Under the pieces are notes generated by a model. It was not told the origin of the DNA. It ran no database searches and worked only from the letters and a program-made list of their open reading frames with translations. Positions 12,200 through 25,180 of a DNA stretch of 64,000 bases are shown in pieces (the first letter of the stretch is position 1; the number at the start of each line of letters is the position of its first letter). Position numbers and translations under genes: made by a program. The stretch lies in contig CBFDEM010000029.1 of the NCBI GenBank assembly GCA_965603825.1, positions 124,001-188,000 on the forward strand, given 5' to 3'. This stretch comes from Blepharisma stoltei ATCC 30299. Taxonomy: Eukaryota > Protista > Ciliophora.

Positions 12200-13204
12200 A
12201 TGGACAAGCATCAGACCCCTGATCTCCTTTCAAGCCAACCTCTCAGATTGTTAGCTAACCATGTTCATGACCTTCGGAGACTGTGATTTGCAGAGCATGA
12301 GCAAAATAAAAGATTGAAAGCTGCTTTGCTTGAGGCAAAAGAAATTTTAATGAATGAAGCAAAAGAAAACTCTGTAAATGAGTTAATATCTCACATAGAA
12401 AAAGAAATTAAAAACCCTAAGTCGCTAAATACATCATTTCAAACATGCACTGAAGCAAGTTTTTCATTTAATCGCAAATCCCCAATGCTTTGCTATACTC
12501 TTAATAGCTTAAAAAAATCGCGACTTTCTTCCTCGTTCCATAGAATACTATGTGAAAGTAAAGTGAAAAAAGTAAAAGACCATGCTATTTCTTTATTAAG
12601 TGAAGTTTATTCAAGAATGAAAGCAAAAAAACTATCTTCATTTTTGAAAGGCGCTTATAAATCAAGAATTCAGCACTCATTCATTAAAATTCAATACACT
12701 CTTTGGCCTAATAAAGATCCTTTAATTACAGAAGAAAAGCCTAAAGATTATAAAATACACGAAAAAGCATTCTCAGATGCATCAGCTAAATTATCATCGT
12801 TTTTAGAGAAACATGAAAAAAATTATTATAACTACTCCTTGGAAAGAATCAAAGAAAAATGGGAAACAAGACTTGTTATTGAAGAAGGAATTGATATCTT
12901 GGTACCAATAGTTACAAGAATTTCTAAACCTATAAAGAACCTCGTCTTTAATTCTATCAAAAACTCAATGCCAATTATTGCGCCATCTAAAATAGACGAA
13001 AATAGCAGCAATCTACTATGCTCCGAAGATTTGGCTTTAACTTTACCATCTAAATCTAGCACACCATTTGAAGCAATAAAAGACTCTTCAAATAAAGAAA
13101 ACGAAAATTTTCTTTTATCACAAAATTTCAGAAAAAAAGGTTTGAAGAGAGTCAATATCAATATACCCCAGCTTGCTGCAACCCATTGCTTATATAATAA
13201 TTAA
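12200..13204 (+). CDS. Hypothetical protein (334 aa)
   Basis: ATG at 12200 is in frame with ORF 12314 through TGA at 12284; ends in TAA. Confidence 0.7.
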
Positions 13205-13275
13205 TTAAATCTCATTTATATAATTTTACTTCAAAAAGATAGAATATCATAAGCTTTGTATATTAATTAAATCAA

Positions 13276-13941
13276 TTAAATATCTATATTTTCTTCCAAT
13301 TCTCCAAAATTTTCTTCACCGGCCTCGCATTGATGATTAAAATCATCACCACAAAAGCAATCATATAAATGCTTACTTTTATCACGATTAATATATAAAG
13401 GTATTTGACTTGTACCTTGCACATGTAAATCTATATTGCTTCTATTGCCAAATATCATATTATTACATTTTCGTGGAGAATTTTGCACTGAAGATCTTTT
13501 CAGATTTTTATTTTCTGGGGATTTCAAAAACTTTGAAATAGGAGGCAAGTGCAGAGGGCTATCTTGGTCCAAAAAATTAGCATGATTTGGTTTGCAACTT
13601 TTTCATTTTTTATCTTTCTTTAAAAGTGATTTGAAGTTGCAACCATAAAGCTCTTTTAGTCTTGATGTCTTGAATTTGTTATTGTAAAAATTAAAAGGCC
13701 TTGGACTTAAAACATAGCTCGCTTTTTTTTGCCTCTCGAAATCTTTATTATATAGCCTTATAATCTTTTGGCCGCTCTCAAAATTTATTGAATCAACAAT
13801 GCACTTATAAGCCTTTTGTGTTTTTCCTTTATTTTGAGTTTCCTGCAAGTCAACAAGTGATTTAAGCTGTTGTATGCGCTGGTGGTAGTTGTTTTCTAAA
13901 ATTTCCTGTAGGAATTGATCGTTTTCCATGTTTTGGAGCAT
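13276..13941 (-). CDS. Hypothetical protein (221 aa)
   Basis: Two ORFs joined in frame by TGA at 13603-13605. Confidence 0.7.
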
Positions 13942-13994
13942 TTTATATCGATTATAAACAGTTACAATAGAGAATAAATTGATTTCATATTTAT

Positions 13995-14873
13995 TTATAA
14001 TTTAGTTGCAGTAGTTGCTGGGACAACAACAATAATAAGAATAACCAAAGCTATCACAAGTAGGCAGCATTTCCTCCACCTGGTTTTTTCCTGATGTCTT
14101 TTTGCTTCTGTTAAATTTTTTTCTGCCTTTTTAACAAAGTCTGTTGCTTTTTCTACATGAGTTTCAATACTATTGAGAATTTCACCTTGCGAATGGACTA
14201 ATGCTGCCATATCTAAAAACATCCTATGCATAATGTTCACATTGTTTTCAAGCATTTTTATGTCTTCTAGCCTATCTTCTATATTGTGTACCATTGATAT
14301 GATTTCATGATGAGCACCCATCATCTGTTTATTAACTATCATTTGGGCTTGAGCAGGGTCTTCTAAACATCTTTCAATAGTGGCATCGTCTATATTTTGA
14401 TCAACCATTCTAAGCTGGTTTGACGTTTTATTTCGAGCTGCTTGCCAAAATGCAGCTTCTGTTTTTTCAGTTTCTGCCAATGCGTCTTGAAATTGCCGCG
14501 CGAGTGTTGCATGCATTGTTATCTTCATTCGGCTTTCAATATCATTTTGACTCCGTACTTCATCAATTTCTTTGCTTAGTCCTTCTATCACATCTCTTAC
14601 TGCGTTCAGCTCTTTATTGCTTTCTCTTAAGTTTTCTTTGAGTCTGTTATTTATTTCGATTTCTTGCTCTGTCCTAACACTTCTGTTGAGCTCTTCTCTT
14701 AATTGTCTAATGTTATTATTATTGACTCTAACTCGATCAATGGATTCTTGTGCTTTACGAATATGAAGCATAAAAGGACCAGTTGCTCCTTCATCTTCTT
14801 GTTTAGGAATTAATGGGATTTCAGCATTTGAGTTATCTCTAAAGTTTTTAAAGTCTTGCAGCCGGTCTAACAT
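13995..14873 (-). CDS. Syntaxin, plasma-membrane Qa-SNARE (Syx1-like)
   Basis: N-peptide MLDRLQDF, Habc helices, SNARE motif MFLDMAALVHSQGEILNSIE, C-terminal TM. Confidence 0.93.
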   Translation of the reverse strand: MLDRLQDFKNFRDNSNAEIPLIPKQEDEGATGPFMLHIRKAQESIDRVRVNNNNIRQLREELNRSVRTEQEIEINNRLKENLRESNKELNAVRDVIEGLSKEIDEVRSQNDIESRMKITMHATLARQFQDALAETEKTEAAFWQAARNKTSNQLRMVDQNIDDATIERCLEDPAQAQMIVNKQMMGAHHEIISMVHNIEDRLEDIKMLENNVNIMHRMFLDMAALVHSQGEILNSIETHVEKATDFVKKAEKNLTEAKRHQEKTRWRKCCLLVIALVILIIVVVPATTATKL

Positions 14874-14964
14874 TTCTCACTATTTAAATGGCAATCTCAG
14901 ATAATCTATGAATAAATTGTTTATTGATTAGAGTTATAATCGGGAATTCCAAGAAAGATAAATA

Positions 14965-16186
14965 CTAAATAAAAGTTATTATGATCGAAAAAATTTCAAA
15001 GCTTTTCGTTGTCATAAAACTCAGACTTTCCATATCATCCCACACTTCTTTTCCAGATCCTAATTCTCCAACTTTTTGAAATACGCCTGATAAATAGCTG
15101 TTTCTTATATTTTCAGATATTTGCTTTTGAATTCACCCTCCTCCTCTAACAGCGCGCCTTGTCTCTTTTATTCTCTGATACCTTCTAATAAATCTTGCCA
15201 GATTAAGACTCAAGAGATCTAATTGAGGGTCAGTTGGGGCATAAATAAGAAATGTATTAAAAGAATCAAATCTAAAAAGTGCATGCAAAACATTTTCACT
15301 CTGAATGCTACTAAAGCACTCAAATCCATATGTGATATTCGGAAGATATTCTTCTTTTTGTATTGCACCTAGCCAGCTTTCAATTAATAAATTTTCGTAA
15401 AATCCTGCCCTGTTTTCAAGATCATTGAGCATTTTTAGAGGCAATGAAGAAATCCTTAGACAATCACTGTTCATTTCAAATGATTCAGGCGCTTCAGCTG
15501 AAAAAATAATTGCTGGATATGATATTTCATTTAGATCTGCCAAATCTTTAAAGATATACAGATTTCCTTTGAACATATAGACTGATTTTCCATCAATATT
15601 ATTGATGGAATATTTTTTCAAGAAATATAAAAAATTTGCCCTTTCTTCACTAATTAAAGAGATATAAGTTCCTTTTTCCAAACTAATTTTGGGGAAATAA
15701 GGACTAAAATTAATCATACTGTTTTATTTTTCTTATGTAATTTGTTTGCAGAGCACCTAAGTCTTCTATACCAATTAAGGCTTCTTTTATTAAAATATCA
15801 GTTTGGCTAACAAGACTCATAAAGATCTGGTGCTCAGATAAATAAGACAAGTCAATGATGCTATTATGAACGATATTTACAATCTCTTCATTCGATTCCT
15901 TTAGTAAGGCAATAAGACTATCTTTGTCAATAAAAGGCATTTCAGAAATTAAGAAATGAAGCAATACAACCATATATCTTCTGTGCAAAAAGTTCGATTT
16001 AAATAGATCTTTGATTTCTTTTATCATAAATTTAACCAATCGATTCTCAACCCTGAGTTTCTTAAGAATCACCCGAAAATCAGAAGTTGTTATTGAGTTC
16101 TCATCTATTTCAATATTTTTCATTGTAGTAGAGTCTTGGTAAAGAGATAAGCAAATTCTTGTGATAGAAGTTCATTGATAAGTCAT
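14965..16186 (-). CDS. Hypothetical protein (~401 aa), one 16-nt intron
   Basis: ATG at 16186, TGA=W at 16172 and 15133. Intron 15704-15719 joins the two ORFs in frame; stop is TAG at 14965. Confidence 0.7.
15704..15719 (-). other. 16-nt spliceosomal intron GTATGATTAATTTTAG
   Basis: Removal fuses CA|T-CCT-TAT in frame and removes a TAA. Confidence 0.85.
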
Positions 16187-16420
16187 TTTAATTTGATTCG
16201 AATTTTTGGCTAAGGAAATTAATTAATTGTAAATTTTGACCGATCATCAGAAAATTAATAGTTCAGCATATTTGCTTATTTCTGATCGAAAAATAAGTGA
16301 GAATCCTTAATCTTATTGAAGATTTTAATTTTTTTTAAGATTTACTATTAAATAGGATCAGATATTATTTTTTGCAACAGTTGTTGCCATCTATGATTAT
16401 ATCAAATCAATAGTAAAGTA

Positions 16421-17161
16421 ATGGATATTGGCAACCAATTTGAATCTAAACTAATCCAGATTGCAGATTTTGAGAGAATCGAAGGTAATACATTTTATGT
16501 CCCATGTATATGAAATTCTGGGTCTTCAACTTTTCTTCCTCTGATCAAACCTGACCAACCTAAGACTATTTCTTGCCATAAACTTGGCAAGTGAACCAAA
16601 ACTGAAGATCTTATTCTTTCGAAGATAATCGAAGTGAGAGGTCCCAATTCTTGGTCGAAAATAGCCAAAGAGTTAAATTCTTTGTTATATCAGAAGAAGC
16701 AGATCCGAAATGGGAAACAATGCAGAGAGAGATGGCTCAACCGCCTAAACCCTATTATAAATAAGAATGAATGAACTGAAGAAGAAGATTTGTATATAAT
16801 TAATCAGCAAGTCCTCATTGGCAACAAATGATGCGAAATTGCACGAGGATTAAAAGGAAGAACTGAAAATAGTGTAAAAAATAGATTTAAAAGCCTTATG
16901 GCTAAAAGAAGCAATGAAAGTCCTATTAGAAAAGTCCCAAAAATCGAGGAAGAGGCCGAGATTCAACGTTTTGATGCTCAGCCTCCAACTGTTACAATAT
17001 TAGAAAAAAAAGGCTATTTTTTGGAGTGCAATGTAAATAACGGAGATATTATGCACGAAAGTACATGTAGTGACTTTGAAAATAATTTACCATCAAAGAA
17101 TGGTCATGTGAAAAGAAATCGGCGAAGAAGTCCTTCGCCTTCAATGTTTTTGAATGTTTAA
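16421..17161 (+). CDS. R2R3-type Myb transcription factor (246 aa)
   Basis: GK-W-TKTED...NSWSKIA...RNGKQCRERWLNRLNP...NE-W-TEEED...GNK-W-CEIARGLKGRTENSVKNRF. Signature Trps are TGA at 16592, 16772 and 16829. Confidence 0.93.
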
Positions 17162-17224
17162 ATTAATTGTTATATAGTGTATATTAGAAATATTGTGTTT
17201 TTTGTTGTTTTTAGGGTGTTTTTG

Positions 17225-19843
17225 TTATCCACAATTTAAGATTTTTAATCTTATAAGTTTGCCTGTAGGGTTTTTATGGCACATTGAATTTAATATGGAA
17301 AAAAATTCTTCGAGATTTTGAGGATTTAGCAGAGGTTTTAGCCTATTGTAGAGATAGGGCAGATAATGAGCGTCAATTCGTGCATAATTTAGCATTGGAG
17401 AAGGTAAAGGTCTGATTCTTCAATCTGACACTTGGAAAGATTTATCGATTTTTAGACCTAAGTATTCATATATCAATGAAGCTAATGAAGGACAGTCGTT
17501 TTCTCCAGTTATCAGCTTGCTAGCTCTAGCAGTATCAAAAATGTTAGCTGAATAGGCTAAGAAGTCATTTTGCAATCACAAAAGATCAGAGTCTGCGCCA
17601 TGAAGGGCTTTGGTTTTAGTTGAATCTATCATCAACTCCTTCATAAATGCTGCTATTTTACTTCTATTAACAAACGGATCAATCACAAAATCCCTCTCTC
17701 CACTTGACAGCTGGATTAATGAAATGCATCCTTTACGAGGCTCAAAAGAATAATATTCCAGATCGACGCCAATCACTGATATATTATTGAAATACGAAGC
17801 CATTTCTTCGAATGCTATTTGGTTATCAACCCATATGAGCTCTGTTTCGTTTAATTCTCTCAATTTTATGTTTATTTCATAAAAGGCTGTTTTCATTTCA
17901 GATAAAGGGGTCGGATAGGTTGGGATTTGATCATAAACCTCTTCATACTCGATTTGAGTGATGTAACTCACAATTTTATTATTCGAGCTTTGGCTATGAA
18001 AATCTTTGAGAAATGCGGATAAATATCAATACCCATGATGCTCGGCAATTATAATAGAGCTCAGTCCTTGAGAATCTTGCAAATTGATATATTCTGAGGG
18101 ATTATTTGATAGCCCTACAAGGTGTGAAGCAAGATTGCATAGCCCTTTCTCTGCAGCAAAATGCAAAGCTGTCCTTCCTGATTTTGAATCTTTTTCAATA
18201 TATAGATCAGGGATGCATGACAAAATGTGCATTGCCAGTTCTTCCTTGCCTTTATTTATCGCAATTTGAAGCGTTTTTCTTGTTGGCTTGACTATTTGAT
18301 AAATTTTTTCTATATCTAAGTCATAATCAAGCAACTTTTCAAGTATTTCATGTTTAATATTTCCTACTCATCTTGGAAGAGCAATTTCTGAAAACGCTTT
18401 GCTTCTCATTACCACTGACTTAAATTCATGATAACTTAAAGAACTTTTGTTCCTCACTGCTCATAATGCGCAGTCATCATTTCCTTCTGTTATACATTTT
18501 TCAAAAAAATCATCTGGAGTTCCAATCCTATTTATTAGTAATTCAAGAATTTTGGAAGATCCATGCCTTATACAGAAAATAACATCAATATGTGATCGCT
18601 GAACTTCTTCTAAGTCAAGCAGAAAAATAACAGATCTTTCTTGCTCATGAGCAATGGCTACTTGAAGACAACTCCTTCCATCTTTGCAGCTTAAATTCGG
18701 ATCTATTCCATTCTGGATTAGTATGCTTGCACAATTCAAATGGCTTCTTATTAAAGCTTGATGGAGAGGTGTATATCCGTCTTTTCCGAAGTGATATTTA
18801 TTTGCATTATACTCAAGCAAAAGCTCCAATGAATTTATCGCACAAGAGTAAGCAGCAATGCATAAAGGGTTATTTCCAGTATCATCAAGAGCTTCTATGC
18901 TAGCTCCTGCATCAATTAAAAGTTTTGCACATTCAGAGCTATCCGCTAAGCTGAGAGTGCCTGGTCTTCGGCTTGCGCATCCTCAAACTGCGTTGTGAAG
19001 CGGAGTTCTTAACCTTGAATCTGGCTTATCAATTTCAATCCCTTTCACACTTAGCAGCAATTCAACTATTTTAGTATCCCCATTCCATGCAGCTTTGCTT
19101 AGTGGTGTGCTTCCTAGGGTAGTAGAGCTATTTACATTGCAGCCTAAATCAAGCAATATTTTTACAAAGCTGAATTTCATAGAGCTGACAGCAAAATAAA
19201 AGAGACTTCGATTTTGTTTGTCTTTATGATGGATATTTGCTCCAATTGAAATTAAATAGTTAAAAATATCAAGATTGCGGCCTCTAAGTGTGTAAAATAT
19301 AGGCGTTAATCCTTCGTCATCTTCTAGCTCAATACTAACCCCTTTTTCTACTAACATGACTAAGGCTGCTAAATTTTCTTGCTCACAAGCTATATGGATA
19401 GGCTTGATCCCTAGGACTCCAATGAATTGCTCATTTTGTTTTAGCATTTCTAAGTGCATGAAAAATTTCTTCATATCATTTTCTTTTAGTGCTTCAATCA
19501 ACAATTTAGAAATTCTTTGCCTCTGTTTCACAAAGTAACTGAAAGAGTCATCTGGGAAAACTGAGTTAACTTGGCTAAACCATCGACATAAATGAAAAGG
19601 CCTATTGGGGCTTGATAATATTTTAGAAAATTTTGGAATCTGTTTCAATTTATAGCAAACATAAAAGTCATTTGAAGAGATAGCTTCTCCAGCTAAATAA
19701 GTTTTATTGCAAAGAAAGTCGTCAATCATTTCGAAATCATTGCGGGGATTGTTTACGTTTATAGAATCTGCAATTGATTTTCATACTGGCTCAGTTGGGC
19801 TACTATTACAAAATAGCCTGATTCCATCATGAAGTCAGTCCAT
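17225..19843 (-). CDS. GST-C-like + ankyrin repeat + Rrp6/EXOSC10-type DEDDy 3'-5' exonuclease fusion (872 aa)
   Basis: Four ORFs joined in a single frame via TGAs. Ankyrin TPLH motifs; ExoI VDLEY, ExoII HGADSDLLWLQ, DWRIRPLP, ExoIII YARIDAHYL. Confidence 0.85.
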
Positions 19844-19991
19844 ATTCGTTTTTGTTTAGCAATTATTTAATATAAATTCAAATGATATACCCTATTAAAA
19901 CTTTTTGTCTTTACGAAAGCACAAATTACGAGCGAGGATTATGCTTTTTATAATTAAATTATAAAATTAAAAGGACTATATCATTTTATAA

Positions 19992-20588
19992 ATGATTGCA
20001 AAATTGTCACTTTTAAAAAATGCAGCAAGGCCTGAATTTCACGTGACTAATTATCAGAAGATCAACTTCTGAAACAATTTCAAGCTCAGATGGCACAATA
20101 ATAAATACAAGCAACTACTATTAAACACAAGAGATTTCGCATTCTGCTCTGAGCTTTACAAAATAATTCCGCCTGCAGAAAAAACATATACAAGAATTAA
20201 TATTCTATTTCTTCACGCTAGCTTGATTGGGAAAAATATTGAATCAGTGAACAGAAAGGAATATAAATTGTTCAATAAAGAAGTTGACTTTTTTAACAAG
20301 CACTGAGGGGTGTTTATGTTTGAAGTAATGTCAAGATAGAATGAAATCAATTGAAAAGTATATCGCGAGCTAAGAAGAAGCTGAATAGATATGTGTTTAG
20401 AAATAGATAAAGGGGAAATATGCAAAGAGTTTATACAAAATAATATTTATGAAGCAGAGGATAATTTAAATGAAGAGCAGCTTCATGCAGTAGTAGAATA
20501 TATTGATGTTTTAAAGGATGCCTTGAATAAGCTAGATGTAGGACAACTAGAAAGCTTTGATTGATTTAATTTAAAAATTGATAAATAA
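19992..20588 (+). CDS. Cbp3/UQCC1-like cytochrome b assembly chaperone (~193 aa), one intron; absent from ORF track
   Basis: Basic mitochondrial-type N-terminus; ILFLHASL, FIQNNIY and LHAVVEYI..LKDAL resemble Cbp3/UQCC1 motifs. Needs several TGA=W and intron 20325-20339. Confidence 0.55.
20325..20339 (+). other. 15-nt intron GTAATGTCAAGATAG
   Basis: Removes an in-frame TAG; A at position 10. Confidence 0.8.
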
Positions 20589-20662
20589 AAGTTATTGATA
20601 TTATATGATTCGCTACTCAAATCATAATATTGAAAACCATGGAATTATTTTATGAATAATAA

Positions 20663-23179
20663 ATGCAAAATCCTGTCCCTTTCAATGATTTTGAGAACAC
20701 AGAAAAGTCTGGCTGGGACCATCGAAGAGCCCTAGAAAACCCGAAGTTGTTTTGAAAATACAGTAAAAATCAAACTAAAAGAAGAAATGCTCTACGTTCT
20801 CTATCCCAAGAAGAAAAAAAAGTGCAAAAGCATAAAATAAAAGTGATTAAAGAGCAGCTTAATCTTGATCCTCCTTCAAAAGACTACTACAAATCTCTCA
20901 ATATAAAGCCCGGGTTCCTATTTTTTAGCTGCTTAATGAGAGCACCTAAAGCTTCAATAAACACTTTAAGCATTAATATCCCAGAAATGCTATATTATAC
21001 TGACAAGATCTATTACTTATATACAAATTCGGCTGGGAAAGTCCAATGCACAACAAATGTTAACTGCTATTTATTTCAAAATGCAGTATCTAAGCATAAG
21101 CCTGCTGAAGAGGAAGCTGTAACTGATACGATAGCAATAATTATACGAATGCCAGGCGAAAAGGAACAAGATATGAACGTTTCAATGATGGACTGGCTTC
21201 AATTTGAGCTAAAAATGGTCGCAAATGAAACTCTTCCTTATGCTATGATGCAAAGGTATATAAAATGTGCAAGTGGCAGGCCAAGCATTGTTAGACTTTA
21301 TTACTATGCTTATGAAAAAACAAACCGCGCCAACTTTGCATATTTTATAAACAGTTTAACCTTTGAAGACGCTGAAATGCAGAATAATATACAGCTTTGT
21401 GCTGTAAATACTTCGAAACCTAGAAAAATTGAAATTTTTAAACAATCAGGGACTGCCTTGCTTCCTTACGAAAATGAAGCCTCAAAAATCATCCATTATT
21501 TAAATAAAGGATACAACTGCAGAGTTCAAGAAATTGTGCTTGACTTTATTAGAGATTCAAATGGAACGGTATGACTTATAAGCTGCAAAAGGATTATTAT
21601 TGATCCAAGCACTTTTGCATTTTGCTTGCAGCCTGTAAAAGACTTTTGACCTGAAACTCACCTAGCAAATGAAGATCAGCATATAAAAAAGTTGAATTTT
21701 CCTATTAATGAAGAGAAAAGAAAAGGCGTATTGAGTTTTGTCCATTGTAAATTATGCAGATTAAGCTATCCTAACTATGAGCTTTCAAACTTAGTCTCAT
21801 CACGAGTTTTGCTCCTTTTTAAAAATCATGTTACGTTAAGATCTGATTTACCTTTGGACGTTTCTCATTTAAAAGTGTATGCAACTGGCCACGTTTCTCA
21901 AAGTGTCAGAATCTGCCAGCTCTGCTATACTCTAATTTCAAGTGAATTTGAGCTCATAGACGCACAAAAATCACTTGCCGAGTTTGTTCATATCACTATG
22001 AAAGAACTGACATACGATGACGATATAATGCCTATATCTCAAATTCCCTTTCTGCCAAGCGAACTAATACAAGTCCGCCTACTTTTCTATGCAATAAATC
22101 TCTGAGATATAGAAAAATCAACTATTAAAGGCACTTTATATATGCATTTTCTATTCTTTGGAAGCACAGTGTCTTTTCCTATACTAATTGATGAAGATGA
22201 GCAAGGGATTTCTCCAATAGATATCATGAGACTTAACTATCTATTTTATAGCCCCAATAAAACCTTAAAAAAATTCTTCCAAAATTTCATATTGGAAATA
22301 AGAATTACAAATGGCCCAAAAGTCGAAGATTCTTTACTAGCTCAAACAAGTGGGAAAGTGCTCACAAAATTTCCTGAAACTTTGAAATTAGGTAGTGCTC
22401 TTTATGAAAAGTGGCAAATGGATATGTTTAATTTTGACAGAAAAGAAATGTGCTCGCTAACTTTAATTATTGGGCTCAGCTTCGATAAAAAAGTACCGAG
22501 TAATAGAATTAATGTAAATTTAGACAAGCATCATGATGCTTATATTCCAGAAGATCATTATATGACAGTCGATCCATTTCCAACTCAGTGAATGGAGCTG
22601 TTTGGGGTCGGCAACAAGTTGGATGAGACTTTGGGCAAGCAGCTAGAACCTGAAGATTTTTATTCTCCACATCTGACTAAATGCGAAATGATGAAAATGG
22701 ACGCTTTGCCATTGTCTGGAAGAAGTTCAGAAAAGCATAAGAAAAATGGGAGCCATCTGCCCTTGTCTGGGAGAAGTTCAGATAAGGATAAAAGGAAAGA
22801 AGAGCCAATTAATAATATTATTAAAAATCAACCGACTATCAATATTAGAAGGGCCTCTAATTATAGCGCAACTCTTGAAAAGCCTCGAAAGCTTTCAGTT
22901 GTTCAAGATATTGATGTGTATAATATCGTTGACGGATTTCTTACACACCGTTCGAGCTCTACACATAATTTACCAAAAGGAAAAACTATCAGTCTTACAA
23001 GTACACCAACTAATTTGAAGACTTCAAAGGTTTCTATGAAAAAACAAAAATCATATTTAGAGCATGTAAAGAGCATGAATGATTATATTATAACAGACAT
23101 GGCTCAAAGAATGGAAAGGTATTCCACTTCAACAAAAAACTCCTTTAATTCTAGGGCGCAATCAGAGCCAAATCTTTAG
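20663..23179 (+). CDS. Hypothetical protein (838 aa) with ATP-grasp-like segment and Cys4 zinc-finger-like pair
   Basis: Four ORFs in one frame via TGA at 20753, 21572, 21647, 22103 and 22589. Motifs MQRYIK...IVR, IVLDFIRDSNGTVWLIS, HCKLC...RICQLC. Confidence 0.8.
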
Positions 23180-23244
23180 TGATTAGCATAATAATAACTG
23201 TTTCATTTAATTGCATACAAATTTGCTTATAATATATAATAAAA

Positions 23245-25065
23245 TTAATTTATGAGGTTAAATTCTTCAGGTTCTCTGACTATCTTTTTCCACCCGAAAT
23301 AGCAAAATCCAATGATGGCTCCAGCAATTATAAAGCCAAAAGTGAGCATCGAAGCTATTATCATTGGATATCCCTCTTTACTGCTAATTTTTGTATTGCA
23401 AAGATTCCCAGTCCATCCACTATTGCAATAGCATTCTTGATTAATACACTTTCCGTTTCCATTGCAATCATTTCCACATTCGCTTGATAAAGGTATTTCC
23501 GATTTAATGCTCATTTGTGTAAATACTGGTGAATTATTACTCGGATTGCTTACTAGAAGTTTTTGTATGAAAACTCCAGAGCTTGTTTCAGTGGAATTTT
23601 CATCATTACTTGATTCAGTTGAATTATCTTGAGCTTCACTTGCTTCCTCTGTACTATTAGTTTCTTCTTGAGTGTCACTTTGGCTTTCTTCCGATACTGA
23701 TTGAGACTCTTCTTCTATTTTAATATTGCAAATTGACCCCCTCCATCCTGCTTCACATATGCAGCCTCCATCATGGCAAACTCCATTGACACAGTCGCAA
23801 GTGCAAGAAGGCCCAGAATATCCAAGATTGCAGAGACACTCACCATTTGGCTGACAAACTCCATTTAGAATGCTTGTGCAATTATTAGGGCAATTTGATT
23901 CATATTCACAGATAGCACCTTTATATCCAGGGTAGCAATCACACTTTGCAGAGCTTGTGCATAGTCCTCTGTAAAGGCAATTTGCATAGCATTTTGGCTT
24001 GATTTCGCATTCATTTCCCATATATCCTTTATCACACAAACAAATGTCTCCTCTGCATACTCCATTATCATTGCAGTCATTAAGGCATTCAAGTCCTGTG
24101 TTAATCAGCATGAGGTCATTAAAGCAATGGTTTCCCAAATAGCACCCTCCAAAGACATAAATGTTTTCCCCCACATTTGCAGCTGCGTGTCTCTCCTTAA
24201 GTGCAGGCTGAGGGGTGAATTCTTTATGTTCAAGTTTTGTCCATCATAAAGTCAATAAATCAAGTACATACACGTCATTATAGCAAGTAGTAAGCCCATA
24301 GTCGCAGCCTCCAATTAAAAATAGAAAATCTCCAATTCTGACTGCAGCATGGCCTTCTCTTGGCTCTGGGATGTATCCATCATCTTTAAGCTGCTGCCAT
24401 ACCATTAGCTCAGCATCAAGCATATACATTTCTGAGCTAACTCCTCCTTCATGGAATCCACCAAAAGTATAAGCCTGCTTCAGGACAATATTCATAGACA
24501 GCAATTCTCTTGGTGTTGGTGCATCTCCTGAGGTCTGATAAGTAATCCACACATTATTTGAAGGAGAATATAGCCACACATCGTTTAAATAACCTCTTGA
24601 GTTGTAGCCTCCAAAAACGATCATGTTTCCATCTGCATCAACCCCTGCAGCATGATTAGTCCTCCCAGAAGGCCGTTCTCCTTCAGGCAATAAATTTTTC
24701 CAGTGGTCATTAACTGCGTCGTACTCATAAAGATCATTATAGTCCAGACTTTGTGAAGATCCTCCAAAAATGATTATTCGTGTGCCCAATACCACAGCTG
24801 AGTGGCCACCTCTCTTGCTTGGACGGTCTCCTGTTGAGTTCAGCCTTGACCAAGTGAAAGTTTCCGTATTAAAACTATGCAGGTCATTAAAGCATTGCAT
24901 AGTGACATCACATCCTCCAAAAATGTACAAAACCCTACCAATCGTTGACATTGTGTGGCCTCCTCTAGGTAAAGGGACTAATCCTTCCATGTGTGTAATC
25001 TGAACCCATGTATAAAGCGGGTATGAGCGTGCCCAAACTGAAACAATTAATAAGAAAATTAACAT
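23245..25065 (-). CDS. Type I membrane protein: signal peptide, Kelch beta-propeller, tenascin-type EGF repeats, TM (606 aa)
   Basis: Repeated PxxRxGH...FGG...ND Kelch units; CxxxGxC..CxCxxGWxGxxC EGFs; TM near C-terminus; joined through TGA at 24244. Confidence 0.88.
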
Positions 25066-25180
25066 TAGTAACGACTATATTTATATCACGCATCTTAAAA
25101 TTAAAAGGAATAATTTAATATAAGTATGCTTAATGAGCTTTGTTATTGCTATTATTTTGTTCTGTATTAATATATATATC

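Noticed and set aside
15710-15717. Overlapping stop/start (ATGATTAA) suggesting translational coupling
   Set aside because: Both lie inside a 16-nt intron whose removal fuses the ORFs.
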